A stretch of DNA of 64,000 nt from Blastocatellia bacterium (GCA_963765495.1 CAVXWP010000007.1:96001-160000); one strand, 5' to 3'; positions 9,789-24,115 are shown, numbered from the stretch's first letter. Notes: generated by a model from the letters alone, not told the origin. Made by a program: numbers and translations.

Positions 9789-10442
9789 ATGGGTATATTC
9801 ACAGGTCTAATCATGGAGATTGGCCGCGTGCGGCGCATCGACCGACGCAGCGCGGGGGCATATCTCATCATCGAAGCCCGTCGAGTGCTCGAAGGGACTC
9901 GCCTTGGCGATTCGATTTCGATCAACGGCGTAGACCTGACCGTGGTAGAGATGAGCGCAGATCATTTCAGCGCGGACGCTTCGCTTGAGACTCTCAGACG
10001 GACCACGCTCGGAGAGCTTCGCGCGGGCGGTCGCGTCAATCTCGAACGCGCTCTCGGGGTAGGCGAGCGTTTAGGCGGCCACATGGTGCAGGGTCATGTA
10101 GACGCCACTGCCACGCTCGTATCAGTAAGGCCCGAAGGCAACGCCTACCGCGTGAGGTTTCGCTTCCCGGTCGAGCTTGGGCGCTATATCGCTCAGAAGG
10201 GTTCTATTACGGTTGACGGGATCAGTTTGACCGTCGCATTGCTTGGCGGCGATTGGTTTGAAGTGGCCGTCATCCCGCACACCTGGCGCGAAACCACTTT
10301 GCCGGATTTGCAGCCGGGCGACCGCGTAAACATCGAAGTGGACGTGCTGGCCAAGTACGTCGAGCGATTGATGCAACACGACAAACAGGCCGTCGGGGCT
10401 GGCAATCTGACGGTCGAGTATTTAATGGAGCACGGATATTAG
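9789..10442 (+). CDS. ribE: Riboflavin synthase (alpha chain)
   Basis: (M)FTGLI, GDSISING, VNLERAL, GGHMVQGHVD. Confidence 0.95.
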   Translation: MGIFTGLIMEIGRVRRIDRRSAGAYLIIEARRVLEGTRLGDSISINGVDLTVVEMSADHFSADASLETLRRTTLGELRAGGRVNLERALGVGERLGGHMVQGHVDATATLVSVRPEGNAYRVRFRFPVELGRYIAQKGSITVDGISLTVALLGGDWFEVAVIPHTWRETTLPDLQPGDRVNIEVDVLAKYVERLMQHDKQAVGAGNLTVEYLMEHGY

Positions 10443-10443
10443 A

Positions 10444-10566
10444 AGGGGGCCGGGGCCGATTGGCGCAAGATGCGTTATCGCGCGGCGCGGGGCCGGGGAA
10501 GAATTAGAGAGAGAGCTGATTTCCTTTCCTTTTTCCCTGGCCCCTGACCCCCGGCCCCCGGCCCCT
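10444..10566. repeat. Inverted heptamer-array element (GGGGCCR units), degenerate left arm
   Basis: ggggccggggcc ... ccctggcccctgacccccggcccccggcccct between ribE and ribBA. Confidence 0.7.
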
Positions 10567-10579
10567 ATCGAGGACGATT

Positions 10580-11797
10580 ATGGCATTCGCAACAGTTCAA
10601 GAAGCAGTAGAAGATTTTAAGGCGGGCCGGATGGTCATCATTGTGGATGATGAGGACCGCGAAAATGAAGGAGACCTGGCCTGCGCGGCTGAAAAGGTCA
10701 CACCCGACATCATCAATTTCATGGCGCGCTACGGGCGCGGGCTGATCTGTCTTTCGATGACCGGAGAGCGGCTCGATGAATTACAGATACCTTTGCAGGT
10801 GTCCGAGGCCGACAACACGGCGAGCCGGGGGACCGCTTTTTGCGTCTCCATAGAAGCGCGCCGGGGCGTGACCACAGGAATTTCGGCAGCCGACCGCGCC
10901 ACTACTATTCAGGTGGCGGTTGATTTGCGCACGCGACCTTCGGACCTTGCGCGGCCCGGCCATATCTTTCCGCTCAGGGCGCGGCGCGGTGGAGTTCTGG
11001 TCCGTCCCGGGCAGACCGAAGCCGTGGTCGATCTGGCAAGGATGGCGGGGCTGATGTCTGCGGGCGTTATTTGCGAAGTCATGAATGATGACGGCACGAT
11101 GGCGAGATTGCCCGAGTTGCGCGAGTTCGCCGATCTTCATGGGATAAAGATCATCTCGGTGGCCGATCTTGTGAGCTATCGCATGGCGCACGAACTCCTG
11201 GTGCACCGCGTTGGCGAGGCCAGAGTGCCTACCGTATACGGCGAATGGCGGGCAGTCGCTTTTACAAACGACATCAATTCGGATGTTCATCTGGCGCTTG
11301 TGAAAGGCGAAGTCTCTCCCGAAGAGAGCCTGCTCGTGCGTGTGCATTCGCAATGCGTGCTTGGCGATGTGTTTGGCTCGCTGCGCGATGATACGGGCTG
11401 GCAACTTCATCGGTCGCTTGAAATGATCGCCACCGAAGGCCGGGGCGTATTGCTCTACCTCAAACAGGAAGGCCGGGGCATAGGCTTGATCAATCAGCTT
11501 CGCGCTTACCGCCTGTCGGACGAGCAGGACAAAGACGCGGTGGAGGCGGACGCCGAGATAGTGGGACTTCACAACATGGACCCGCGCGATTACGGCATCG
11601 GCGCTCAAATACTTCACGAAATCGGAGTGCGTAAGATGCGGCTGATCACAAATCATCCGGTGAAGCGAGCAGCCATCGAAGGTTTCGGGCTCGAGATAAC
11701 CGACCGCGTGCCCATAGAGATTGAGCCGAACGAGACAAACGAGAAAGTGCTGCGCGCAAGAAAAGAAAAACTGGGTCATCTGCTTACGAAAGTCTAG
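10580..11797 (+). CDS. ribB: DHBP synthase fused to degenerate GTP cyclohydrolase II (RibBA/RibBX-like)
   Basis: [27 protein letters not shown]; GCH II region reads [18 protein letters not shown] instead of ...RCDCG. Confidence 0.9.
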   Translation: MAFATVQEAVEDFKAGRMVIIVDDEDRENEGDLACAAEKVTPDIINFMARYGRGLICLSMTGERLDELQIPLQVSEADNTASRGTAFCVSIEARRGVTTGISAADRATTIQVAVDLRTRPSDLARPGHIFPLRARRGGVLVRPGQTEAVVDLARMAGLMSAGVICEVMNDDGTMARLPELREFADLHGIKIISVADLVSYRMAHELLVHRVGEARVPTVYGEWRAVAFTNDINSDVHLALVKGEVSPEESLLVRVHSQCVLGDVFGSLRDDTGWQLHRSLEMIATEGRGVLLYLKQEGRGIGLINQLRAYRLSDEQDKDAVEADAEIVGLHNMDPRDYGIGAQILHEIGVRKMRLITNHPVKRAAIEGFGLEITDRVPIEIEPNETNEKVLRARKEKLGHLLTKV

Positions 11798-11859
11798 TGA
11801 TTTTAGATTTTGGATTTTGGATTTTGGATTTCAAATCTAAAATCCAAAATCCAAAATCG
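11797..11859. repeat. Inverted heptamer-array hairpin (TTTTGGA units)
   Basis: gattttagattttggattttggattttggattt-c-aaatctaaaatccaaaatccaaaatc, directly after the ribB stop. Confidence 0.9.
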
Positions 11860-11927
11860 CGCTGCGCGAAGCGCATAATGCGCCAAGAAAATCCAATAAT
11901 TCATCGGGCCAGGGGATTGAATTACCT

Positions 11928-14900
11928 ATGAGGAGAAAAATACTGATCGGCGTCATCGCCCTGCTGAGCGTAATACTTTTAATCGTCATAGGGCTCTTCT
12001 GGTACATCCGCAGCGGTCGGCTCGATCTATTCGTTCAAAACCAGATCATCGTCGCCTTGAAGGATTTCGGTATCCGCACCGAAATAGGCAAGACTCATCT
12101 GGACCTTGGCGGCTATACGGTCACGCTCGATGACATAAAACTTTACGCGGGCGACGGGCAGAAGCCTTTCGGCTCGGTCCAGAACCTCAAGGTTCAATTC
12201 TCAATCGTGGATTACCTGAAACAGAAGATCAACATCACTCAGGTAGTCGTCACTCACCCTTCCATCTGGCTTGAGATAAACGAACAGGGCCAGACAAATC
12301 TCGACCAATTGCACGCGCCGCCCAAGAGCGATAAGGAATCAACGATCAGATTTCTAACGGCCTTTATAGAAGTCAATAACGGCGTGTTGAATTTCGTAGA
12401 CAATAAAAATAAAGTCGAAGCCACGCTGCCGGATTTCTACGCCAAGTTTGACCCGCGCGAGCCTGAGGCAATCGAAGACAAGATCAACCATACATTGAGC
12501 TTGAATTTCGATGACGCGAGCGCGAAATATCAAGGCCGCCCCATCGAGAAGATCAAGGCCGATATCGAAGCCATAGTCACGGGCGAGTCTGCCGAGATAA
12601 ACAAGTTCCAGATCGCTTCGGATGTCGGAGACATCGAGGTAACCGATACGCCCGCCCGCGTCACAAGCTATGACCCTCTGAAGTACAACTTCGCGATAAA
12701 GGCCGATGCCCGGCTTGCCGAAATCTCTCGCGTGTTCCTGCCCGAACAGCAGATGAGCGGCGCGGCCACCATCGTAGCCCGCGTCGAGGGCACGGGTGCC
12801 GATTATCGAATCAACAATGCCTCGGTCAACGCCGATTCGCTTACCGTCGAAGGCTTTCGCATAGCAGAGGTTCGCGTGACATCGGACGCAAACGGTGAAG
12901 GCGAAAAATATGACGCGACTCTCGATTTGAAGGCGGGGCCGATCAACGGAAAGGATATCGACATCGCTTCGATTCGTCTGAGCGATGCTCGGGTGAGCGG
13001 CGTGGCCGAAAACTTCGACATAACCGGAGGGCTTACGCTCGATTCGCTCAAGAGCGGAAAGATCACCGTGAAGAATCTGCGCGGACGTCTGGACGCGGAC
13101 CCAGATAAAGTCAGCCTGTCAAACCTCTCTGCCTCGGCGCTGGGCGGCAACATCTCCGGCTCGGCCACGGTCGCCTACGGCGGAGGTCAGTCTCGCGTGG
13201 ATGTTCAATTCAGTTCGATAGACCTGAATCAAGTGGCTACGCTTGCGGCGAAAAGCGATGTCGATGTTCGCGGGACGGCAAACGGCACGGCGCGTCTCAC
13301 ATTTCCAGGCGTGAATTTCGAAGCGGCCACAGGCCCCATCAACGCCACCTTCGAAGCCGCCGTTTCGCCCACGCAGCCGGGCGCAGAGACATTGCCCGCT
13401 CAGGGGCGCATCAGTGTCGTGGCAAGCGGCGGCGGGTTCAATATCAACGAAGCATATGTCAAATCCAACCAGAGCGAGCTTACCGTGTCGGGCCGGGTGA
13501 GTTCGAACCTCACGGCTTCGCTCGATGTGAATCTGAAGTCTGATGACATGGCCGAAGTTCAGCGCGCAGTCGAAGGCTTTGGCCTGATACCCGCAGATAT
13601 TCAAGAGAAATATCAGGTCGCACTCACAGGCCCCGGCCAGTTTAACGGACGCGTGGAGGGGCGCGTAACTCAGCCGCGAGTGACCGGCCATGTCAGGCTT
13701 GAAAACGTGCAGGCGCAAAATGAACTGATAGGTTCTTTTGAATCCGATGTGAGCTTTACACCTGCCGAGTTCAATCTGGAAAATGCCGAACTCGTTCGCC
13801 CCGATCAATCCCGCGTCAGTTTCAATGTGAACGGTCCCATCGGCACCGCAGAAGGCGCGGGCGGCATATCTTTGCACGCCAATGTAGATAGCTTCGATCT
13901 TTCCACGCTTGCGCGGCTGGCTGCGCCCGAACTCGGCGACATAGTGGGCGGCGGCAAGGTGAGCGGGCGCATCGACCTTTCAGGGTTGCCCGGCCCTCGC
14001 GGCATAAGCGGGACCGCAGACGTCACGGTGACAAGCGCTGCCTTCAACCTCCCATCCGCAGAGGAAGGGAAGGAATCCGAAAAGCTGGAGGTTCCTCTGT
14101 TCAAAGGCCAGGTGAGTATAGAAAACAGCGTGTTGACGGCCAGAGACTTGCAGGTCGAAGTGGGCGGCAGCCAGATAACCGGAGAGTTGACCTTCAATCT
14201 CGATACCTATGCTTATTCGGTAGACGCGCAGGGCAAAGGTATCGATCTCTCTCAGGTGGCCGGAGCTTTTTCTGACAGCGTCAACCTGACTGGCACAGCC
14301 GATGTCAATATCACAGGCCGGGGCGACTGGGATGATCTGTCAACCGCTAATTTGAACGCGACGATTCAGGGACAGAACGTAGCCTTAAACGGGCGCGACC
14401 TCGGCGATGCGAAGATCGTAGCCTTTACCGAAGGCGGACAGTTGAAGGTCGAGGCTACGGGGAATGTGCTGAATGAGCAACGCACCCTGCGGGCGTCAAT
14501 AGATTTGACCGACCGCAAGAACTATCCCATCACCTCTACGATTGAATTGAATAACGAAGAACTCGGTCCGTATCTGGAATTGATTTCGCCGGGTCTTTCG
14601 ACTGTTACGGGCCGCGCAACAGGGACGATTAGCCTGAGCGGACCTCTGCAAAACCCCGATCAGTTGCAGGCTACGATCAACCTGAGCCAGCTTGTAATCG
14701 GCGGCAAGGTGTCTGAGGCCCAGACATACACTCTGACAAATCAGGGCGATGTCGTAATCACCGCCTCACCGAAAGAGGTCACGCTCAAATCGGTCACCTT
14801 TACGGGCGAAGGAACCAGCATCTCGCTTGGAGGCACCATCTCGCGCGAAGAGACGGTCAAGTCGAATTTGACGATAGACGGCGAGATCAATCTGCGGCTG

Positions 14901-16199
14901 ATCTCTTCATTCACGCAGGATATTTTTGTGACCGGCATCGCCAAAGTAGATGCCTCCATCACGGGGGCGCTCACCAGTCCGCGACTGCTCGGCACGGTGG
15001 ATTTGAGAGATGTCGGTGCGCGAGTGGTCGGTGTGCCTGTCTCAATAAATCAGGGGCAGGGCTTGATCAGATTCACGGCCAGTCAGGTGGTAATAGATAA
15101 CTTCAACGCTTCGACTCCGGGCGGCGGAACCCTATCGCTAAACGGAGGGGCGGCTGCGCCTTCTGACTCCCTTGTGCCCAATCGCTGGCGAATTGAGGCC
15201 CGAGCCGATCAGGTGGGTATGGAATACCCGCGCGATACGTTGACCGTATTTGACGCCGATCTCGTATTGCAGGGCAATCCCCGATTCCAGTTGCTTTCAG
15301 GCAACGTGGATGTGCGGCGCGCTGCTTACACAAAAGACATAACGCTTCAGGACCTGGTTTCGGGCGGCGGCCCGTTCGGCTCGGATTTCCTCGATGTAGG
15401 ACCGGGCGGCGGCAGCGGCGGCGGTGTAGGCGGCGGCGTAGGCGGGGGGCCTGCCTTATCGCTCGATATTCGCGTAAACGCAAACGAGACGCTGATAATC
15501 CGCAACAATCTGGCCGATGCGGTTGGGAGCGCATTTATCAACATACGTGGAACGGTTAATGAGCCGCAGCCGTCGGGTCGCATTCAACTGTCGCGCGGGA
15601 CACTCGAATTTCGCAACGACCGTTATGAGATAACGCGAGGATTGATCACGCTGCCGCCGGGGCGCAATGCCGACCCGATCTTTGACGTAAAGGCGGAAGC
15701 GGAAGTGAGCGGCTATCAGATAAGAATAGGTTTTTCGGGGCCGCTCGCAAAACTGAAGACCACCCTGGAATCGGACCCGAACCTGCCCGAGGGCGATATA
15801 GTCTCTCTGGTTTTGACGGGCAATCTGTCGAGCAACTCTTCGACGAGCGCCGCCGCCACTCAGACCGGGCTTGGACTTGCGCAGTCGCTTTTGTCGGCTT
15901 CGCTTTCAGCAAAGCTTGAAGAGGGAGCGCAACGATTGTTCGGACTGAGCCGATTCTCGGTTGATCCGCTCATCGTAGGCCGGGGCAGCGACCCGACCGC
16001 GAGAATCACCATAGGGCAGCGTATCGCCAAAAACCTGACCGTCACCTATTCGCAAAACCTGACATCGGGTTCGGGTCAGTCGGGCGTCGACCGCATAATC
16101 CTGGTCGAGTATCGAATCAGCAATCGTTTTTCGGTAGTCGGTTTCCGCAACGAGCGCGGCGAACTCGGATTCGATGTGCGCGTGCGAAAGAGATTCTGA
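11928..16199 (+). CDS. tamB: Translocation/assembly module TamB family protein
   Basis: N-terminal membrane anchor, long beta-rich AsmA-like body, C-terminal DUF490-like end (TIGQRI...TYS...EYR...RKRF); upstream of an Omp85 gene. Confidence 0.85.
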   Translation: MRRKILIGVIALLSVILLIVIGLFWYIRSGRLDLFVQNQIIVALKDFGIRTEIGKTHLDLGGYTVTLDDIKLYAGDGQKPFGSVQNLKVQFSIVDYLKQKINITQVVVTHPSIWLEINEQGQTNLDQLHAPPKSDKESTIRFLTAFIEVNNGVLNFVDNKNKVEATLPDFYAKFDPREPEAIEDKINHTLSLNFDDASAKYQGRPIEKIKADIEAIVTGESAEINKFQIASDVGDIEVTDTPARVTSYDPLKYNFAIKADARLAEISRVFLPEQQMSGAATIVARVEGTGADYRINNASVNADSLTVEGFRIAEVRVTSDANGEGEKYDATLDLKAGPINGKDIDIASIRLSDARVSGVAENFDITGGLTLDSLKSGKITVKNLRGRLDADPDKVSLSNLSASALGGNISGSATVAYGGGQSRVDVQFSSIDLNQVATLAAKSDVDVRGTANGTARLTFPGVNFEAATGPINATFEAAVSPTQPGAETLPAQGRISVVASGGGFNINEAYVKSNQSELTVSGRVSSNLTASLDVNLKSDDMAEVQRAVEGFGLIPADIQEKYQVALTGPGQFNGRVEGRVTQPRVTGHVRLENVQAQNELIGSFESDVSFTPAEFNLENAELVRPDQSRVSFNVNGPIGTAEGAGGISLHANVDSFDLSTLARLAAPELGDIVGGGKVSGRIDLSGLPGPRGISGTADVTVTSAAFNLPSAEEGKESEKLEVPLFKGQVSIENSVLTARDLQVEVGGSQITGELTFNLDTYAYSVDAQGKGIDLSQVAGAFSDSVNLTGTADVNITGRGDWDDLSTANLNATIQGQNVALNGRDLGDAKIVAFTEGGQLKVEATGNVLNEQRTLRASIDLTDRKNYPITSTIELNNEELGPYLELISPGLSTVTGRATGTISLSGPLQNPDQLQATINLSQLVIGGKVSEAQTYTLTNQGDVVITASPKEVTLKSVTFTGEGTSISLGGTISREETVKSNLTIDGEINLRLISSFTQDIFVTGIAKVDASITGALTSPRLLGTVDLRDVGARVVGVPVSINQGQGLIRFTASQVVIDNFNASTPGGGTLSLNGGAAAPSDSLVPNRWRIEARADQVGMEYPRDTLTVFDADLVLQGNPRFQLLSGNVDVRRAAYTKDITLQDLVSGGGPFGSDFLDVGPGGGSGGGVGGGVGGGPALSLDIRVNANETLIIRNNLADAVGSAFINIRGTVNEPQPSGRIQLSRGTLEFRNDRYEITRGLITLPPGRNADPIFDVKAEAEVSGYQIRIGFSGPLAKLKTTLESDPNLPEGDIVSLVLTGNLSSNSSTSAAATQTGLGLAQSLLSASLSAKLEEGAQRLFGLSRFSVDPLIVGRGSDPTARITIGQRIAKNLTVTYSQNLTSGSGQSGVDRIILVEYRISNRFSVVGFRNERGELGFDVRVRKRF

Positions 16200-16202
16200 A
16201 AT

Positions 16203-19345
<3,143 letters not shown>

Positions 19346-19347
19346 AT

Positions 19348-20058
19348 ATGCTGAACAGATCGTCAAACTCATCTTCGCCCAAAGCCCTCTGCGCACGGTT
19401 CACGCATTGCCTCATCCTGTTGTTTTTGGTCGCGGCTGGTTTAGGCATTCATGCTACGGCTCGGGCTCAACAGGTAGTCGATCAGATTCTTGCGCTTGTA
19501 AACGACGAAGTTGTGACGAAAAGCGATCTGTTGTGGAGCATAGCCCTCGACCCGGACGCGCCCAACCCGGCAGGCCCAATTGGCTCTGATATGCTGCGCC
19601 GCAAACTGGAAACGATGATTGATGAGCGGCTGGTTTTGCAGGAAGCGCGCAAAGTGCCGGGGCCGGAGACTTCTCAGGATGACCTCGACAAAAAGCGAAA
19701 CGAACTGATAGCCCGCTTCCCGTCGGAAACCGCCTTTCGCGAGCGCATTCAATCGGTAGGGCTTACGCCTGAAAGGCTCGACGATCTATTGCGGCAGAGG
19801 ATTCGCATAGATCAATTCGTAGACTTCCGTTTTCGCTCATTCGTCTTTGTGACCGATCAGCAGATAAAGCAGTACTACGAAAAAGAGTTAGCGCCAAAGA
19901 TACGCGAACAGGGGCAGGTTCCGCCCGGGCTTGAGGAAGGCGACATCCGCGACCGCATAGAGCAGATATTGCGCCAGCAAAAAATAAACGAAGAGATAGA
20001 CACTTTTCTGAGAGATGCCCGCCAGCGCGCCGACGTAGTCATTCTGGCCGAGCCCTGA
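19348..20058 (+). CDS. SurA N-terminal-domain chaperone-like protein
   Basis: Signal peptide then VVDQILALVNDEVVTKSDL, LETMIDERLVLQEA. Confidence 0.8.
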   Translation: MLNRSSNSSSPKALCARFTHCLILLFLVAAGLGIHATARAQQVVDQILALVNDEVVTKSDLLWSIALDPDAPNPAGPIGSDMLRRKLETMIDERLVLQEARKVPGPETSQDDLDKKRNELIARFPSETAFRERIQSVGLTPERLDDLLRQRIRIDQFVDFRFRSFVFVTDQQIKQYYEKELAPKIREQGQVPPGLEEGDIRDRIEQILRQQKINEEIDTFLRDARQRADVVILAEP

Positions 20059-20081
20059 AATCAAGAAGTGATGGGGTGAAA

Positions 20082-20612
20082 ATGGAAGACCTTCGCTATC
20101 CAATCGGGCCGTTCAAGTTTGAAGAGAGCGTGAGCGCAGGCGCTCGCCCGCACCTGATTGACCAGATCGCCGAGACCCCGGCAAAGCTTCGCCTCGCGGT
20201 CGAAGATTTGTCGCCCGAACAGCTTGATACGCCTTACCGCCCCGGCGGCTGGACCGTCCGACAGGTAGTCCATCATCTGCCGGATAGCCATCTGAACAGC
20301 TATGTCCGGTTCCGCCTCGCCGTGACCGAAGACGAGCCCACGATACGCCCGTATCACGAAGACCTCTGGGCGGAACTCGAAGACGCGCGAACCGCGCCCG
20401 TCGATGTCTCGCTTGCGCTGCTTGAGGCTCTGCATCACAGGTGGGTGTTGTTTTTGAGGTCGCTCACAGATGCGGATTACCATCGCTCTTTCAAGCACCC
20501 TGAACTCGGACTCGTCCCGCTTGATAAGAATCTGGCGCTTTATGCGTGGCACGGTCGCCACCACGTCGCCCAGATCACATCGCTTTGCGAGCGCATGGGA
20601 TGGAAGCAGTGA
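20082..20612 (+). CDS. yfiT: YfiT/BstA family DinB-fold thiol transferase
   Basis: DLRYPIG, DTPYRPGGWTVRQVVHHLPDSH, YAWHGRHH. Confidence 0.92.
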   Translation: MEDLRYPIGPFKFEESVSAGARPHLIDQIAETPAKLRLAVEDLSPEQLDTPYRPGGWTVRQVVHHLPDSHLNSYVRFRLAVTEDEPTIRPYHEDLWAELEDARTAPVDVSLALLEALHHRWVLFLRSLTDADYHRSFKHPELGLVPLDKNLALYAWHGRHHVAQITSLCERMGWKQ

Positions 20613-20620
20613 ACTTTTTG

Positions 20621-20692
20621 AACCACGAAATACACGAAACACAAGAAACAAACATATAAATCTATTTCGTGTGTTTCGCGTGTTTCGTGGTT
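20621..20692. repeat. Inverted 9-mer-array element (CACGAAAYA units) between convergent genes
   Basis: aaccacgaaatacacgaaacac ... tttcgtgtgtttcgcgtgtttcgtggtt. Confidence 0.88.
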
Positions 20693-23600
20693 TTATAACC
20701 CCGTATTTAGCGGCGACAGCCCGGCTTTTCGGAGTTGTTCGTTGAGCGCATTCACATCCTTGCTCTTGATTTCGTTCCATTGCTCAAGCAGACGGGTCAT
20801 AGCCTTTTGCAACTCGTCGGATGCGGTGACGGCCGAGGCGGTCGGTCGGGCATCCGCGCCCTGCAATACATCCAGCAGTTGAATCATCTCTCTGTTCAGT
20901 CTGGAAAGACTTTCCTCCCCTCCTGCGCCCGCGCCTGCCGGGCCGCGCCCCCTGCCGCTTTCGCCTTCAACCGCTGCCGCTTTTTTGTCGAGCGCGGCAA
21001 CCTGATCGGCCAACGCCTTCCGACCTTTGAGATCGCCGAGCGTCTTGATCTGTGCCCTCAACTTCTGCACCTGCTCAAGCGTCGCTCGCGTTTTTCCCGC
21101 CCCTTCGTAAGCTTGCATGGAAAGCGCGTACTGCTGCTCCAACACCTGCCCGCCCGTATCTACGCGAGGGTCCATCTTTACCGTGAGCGTCTCGGTGTAG
21201 CTCTCTCCCCCGGCGCTCAGTTTGATCGTGTACTCTCCGGGCATCACCCACGGGCCGGGCGGAACGGGCGGCGTGTCGCGGTAAATGGCCGAGATTGGAT
21301 AGGATGTTCGGTCCGTCTCAGGCTGCGGATAATGCAAATCCCAGACGAAGCGTTGCATCCCGGCTCCGGTCGAAAGTATTTGCGGAGGGCGTATCCAAAA
21401 AGTAGGAAGGGCCAGTTCCGTCTCAACCACAGGATCGGGTTTATCTTCGCTTGAAAAGCGCCGCACAAGTCTGTTCGATTTGTCGAAAATTTCAAGCGTC
21501 ACCGGCCCCGACACGGCCTGCTTCAGATAGTAATTTATGATGGCCCCGTCGGGCGGATTCTTTCCCGCCGGCTCATCGGGCGGCAGGGGCGTATCGGTAT
21601 TCAGGTTCCATCTGACGCGATAAGCCACCTGCGGTTTGAAGAGATGAACGCTTGACTCGGCCACCTGATCGGTTATCTGACGGAGCGGCGTGATGTCGTC
21701 AAGTATCCAGAATGATCGCCCGTGTGTCCCTACGACTACGTCGTCGTCGTGAATAACCAAATCGCGTATCGAGGTCGCGGGCATGTTCAGCCGCAGAGGT
21801 TGCCACTGATCGCCGTCGTTGAACGAGACATAGACCGCGCGTTCGGTTCCGGCAAACAGGAGCCCCCGGCGAACGGGGTCTTCGCGCACGGTGTTGACGG
21901 GGCCGTTATCGGGCAAGCCTCTGGTAATCTCTTTCCACGTCTTGCCGCCGTCGTGTGTGCGATAGACGTGCGGGCGCTGATCGTCCAGGCGAATCCTGTT
22001 GATTGCCGCGTAGGCCGTTTCGGTATCGAAATGGCCCGCGTCCATCATTGATACTTTGCTCCAGGCAGTGAGGTCGGCGGGGGTGACATCTGTCCAGTTT
22101 TTGCCGCCGTCTCGAGTCAGGTGAATCAACCCGTCGTCGGTTCCGGCCCAGATCAGGTTCACATCTTTGTGCGAAGGGGCTACGGCATAGATGACTCCCC
22201 GGCGCGGCATGCGCGCCATCTCAGGCGTTCGATAGACGCCGATGCTTGCGGGCACTTCCGGGGACGGGCGCGAAAGATCGGGGCTGATTACGTCCCAGCT
22301 ATGGCCGCCGTTTGTTGTCTTAAAAAGCACGTTGCCCGCCAGGTAAAGGATGTGCGGGTCTACGGGTGAAAAAAGGAGTGGCATCGTTCGAATAAAGCGG
22401 TACTTGCCCGAGCGCAGGGCTTCGGGCGCGATTGATTGCGTCTGTCCGGTGCGGCGGTCGTAACGGCTTGCCTTGCCTCCATAAATGATGTCGGGATTGA
22501 GCGGATCGGGCGCGACAAAGCCGTACTCTTCAACGCCTACGGGATGCCATTCGCGGAATGTGATCTGCCCGTCATTACCCCGGCTTGCGATTCCAACCGA
22601 GCCGCTCTCCTGCTGGCCGCCGTACACATAGTAAGGGAACTGGTTGTCGGTAGAGACGTGATAAAACTGGGCGGTCGGCTGGTTGTACCAAGAACTCCAG
22701 GTCGCGCCGCCGTTGACGGTTATGACCGCGCCCTGATCGCTTGCAATCAAAATGATGTCAGTGTCGTCGGGGTTGATCCAAACGGTGTGATAATCGTCGC
22801 CGCCCGGCGCTCCTTTGAATGCAGTGAAACTCTTTCCGCCGTCGGTCGAGCGATACGAAGCGATATTGGCTATATAGACTATATCTCTGTTTTTGGGATC
22901 GACCTTTACTTCGGCAAAATCACTTCCACGGCTCCACACCCTGGCTTCATTTGTGATGCGCTGCCAGCTTTCACCCGCGTCATCCGAGCGATACAGCCCG
23001 CCGAGGTCGGGCGCATCGACCACCGCGTAGATGCGATTTGGATCGCTCGGAGCTACGCCTATGCCTATGCGTCCAAGTCCCTGTTCGACCGTAGGCAATC
23101 CCTTTGTCAGTTGTCGCCACGAAGTGCCTCCATCTGTAGATTTGTACAACCCGCTGCCCGGTCCCTGCCACGCGCCGTTCTCCCACGGTCCCTGACGAGC
23201 GGCCCACAGATCGGTGTAGATGATTTGCGGGTTTACGGGGTCAAAGGCCAGCGCAATCGCTCCCGTGTTTTCATCTTTATAGAGGACCTTCTCCCAGTTC
23301 TTTCCGCCGTCCGTAGATCGAAACACGCCTCGCTCCTGGTTTGCGCCGTAAGGGTGTCCGAGCACGGCGACAAATACCCGGTCAGGGTTGCGCGGGTCAA
23401 CTATGATCGCGCCGATCTGCTCTCCGTCGCGAAGCCCAAGATGTTGCCAAGTCTTTCCTGCGTCGATGGATTTATACATCCCGTCGCCGGTTGAAAGATC
23501 GGGCCGTTGCAAGCCTTCGCCGCTGCCTACATAGATTATATTGGGGTTGGAAGGGGCGACTGCGAGCGCGCCTATTGACCCCGTTGGCTGGTCATCGAAA

Positions 23601-23851
23601 ATAGGAGTCCAGACGCGCCCGTAATCATCGCTCTTCCACACACCGCCGTTGTTGACGCCTATGTAAAACAGATTAGGCTGGCCGGGCACGCCGGTTGCGC
23701 CGACGGTGCGGCCTCCACGATGAGGGCCGATCATTCGCCAGCGCATATTTTGATAGAGAGCCGGGTCGTATTGTTGCGCCGATGCAGGCTGAGGCAACCA
23801 GCCCGCGATGAGTAATCCAAATAAGGCCAGCAGAGAGCCGCGTCCTTTCAC
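20693..23851 (-). CDS. Secreted BNR/Asp-box (VPS10-like) glycosyl-hydrolase-like protein
   Basis: Signal peptide, WRMIGPHRGGR, many SxDGGxxW Asp boxes. Confidence 0.88.
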   Translation of the reverse strand: MKGRGSLLALFGLLIAGWLPQPASAQQYDPALYQNMRWRMIGPHRGGRTVGATGVPGQPNLFYIGVNNGGVWKSDDYGRVWTPIFDDQPTGSIGALAVAPSNPNIIYVGSGEGLQRPDLSTGDGMYKSIDAGKTWQHLGLRDGEQIGAIIVDPRNPDRVFVAVLGHPYGANQERGVFRSTDGGKNWEKVLYKDENTGAIALAFDPVNPQIIYTDLWAARQGPWENGAWQGPGSGLYKSTDGGTSWRQLTKGLPTVEQGLGRIGIGVAPSDPNRIYAVVDAPDLGGLYRSDDAGESWQRITNEARVWSRGSDFAEVKVDPKNRDIVYIANIASYRSTDGGKSFTAFKGAPGGDDYHTVWINPDDTDIILIASDQGAVITVNGGATWSSWYNQPTAQFYHVSTDNQFPYYVYGGQQESGSVGIASRGNDGQITFREWHPVGVEEYGFVAPDPLNPDIIYGGKASRYDRRTGQTQSIAPEALRSGKYRFIRTMPLLFSPVDPHILYLAGNVLFKTTNGGHSWDVISPDLSRPSPEVPASIGVYRTPEMARMPRRGVIYAVAPSHKDVNLIWAGTDDGLIHLTRDGGKNWTDVTPADLTAWSKVSMMDAGHFDTETAYAAINRIRLDDQRPHVYRTHDGGKTWKEITRGLPDNGPVNTVREDPVRRGLLFAGTERAVYVSFNDGDQWQPLRLNMPATSIRDLVIHDDDVVVGTHGRSFWILDDITPLRQITDQVAESSVHLFKPQVAYRVRWNLNTDTPLPPDEPAGKNPPDGAIINYYLKQAVSGPVTLEIFDKSNRLVRRFSSEDKPDPVVETELALPTFWIRPPQILSTGAGMQRFVWDLHYPQPETDRTSYPISAIYRDTPPVPPGPWVMPGEYTIKLSAGGESYTETLTVKMDPRVDTGGQVLEQQYALSMQAYEGAGKTRATLEQVQKLRAQIKTLGDLKGRKALADQVAALDKKAAAVEGESGRGRGPAGAGAGGEESLSRLNREMIQLLDVLQGADARPTASAVTASDELQKAMTRLLEQWNEIKSKDVNALNEQLRKAGLSPLNTGL

Positions 23852-23990
23852 GTTTCACCTCCGAAGAAAAATATGAGAATTGAAGCCAGTTGATTCTATT
23901 CGAGAGAAACCAAAATCGCCAACGTCACGGCGCAGATGCGACTGGACTACAACCGTCTCTGCGGCCTATGATGGGCACTCGAAACAGGTT

Positions 23991-24091
23991 TGATACGTGA
24001 TGTGTGATGCGTGATGCATGACTTTCAGGCGAGTACTTGTTGATAAGTTCACAGCTAACTTAATCAATCACGCATCACGCATCACGTATCA
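23991..24091. repeat. TGATGCG-family palindromic element, copy 2 (diverged core)
   Basis: tgatacgtgatgtgtgatgcgtgatgcatga ... tcacgcatcacgcatcacgtatca. Confidence 0.85.
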
Positions 24092-24115
24092 TCCCCCTCA
24101 TAACAGGAGATCTTC

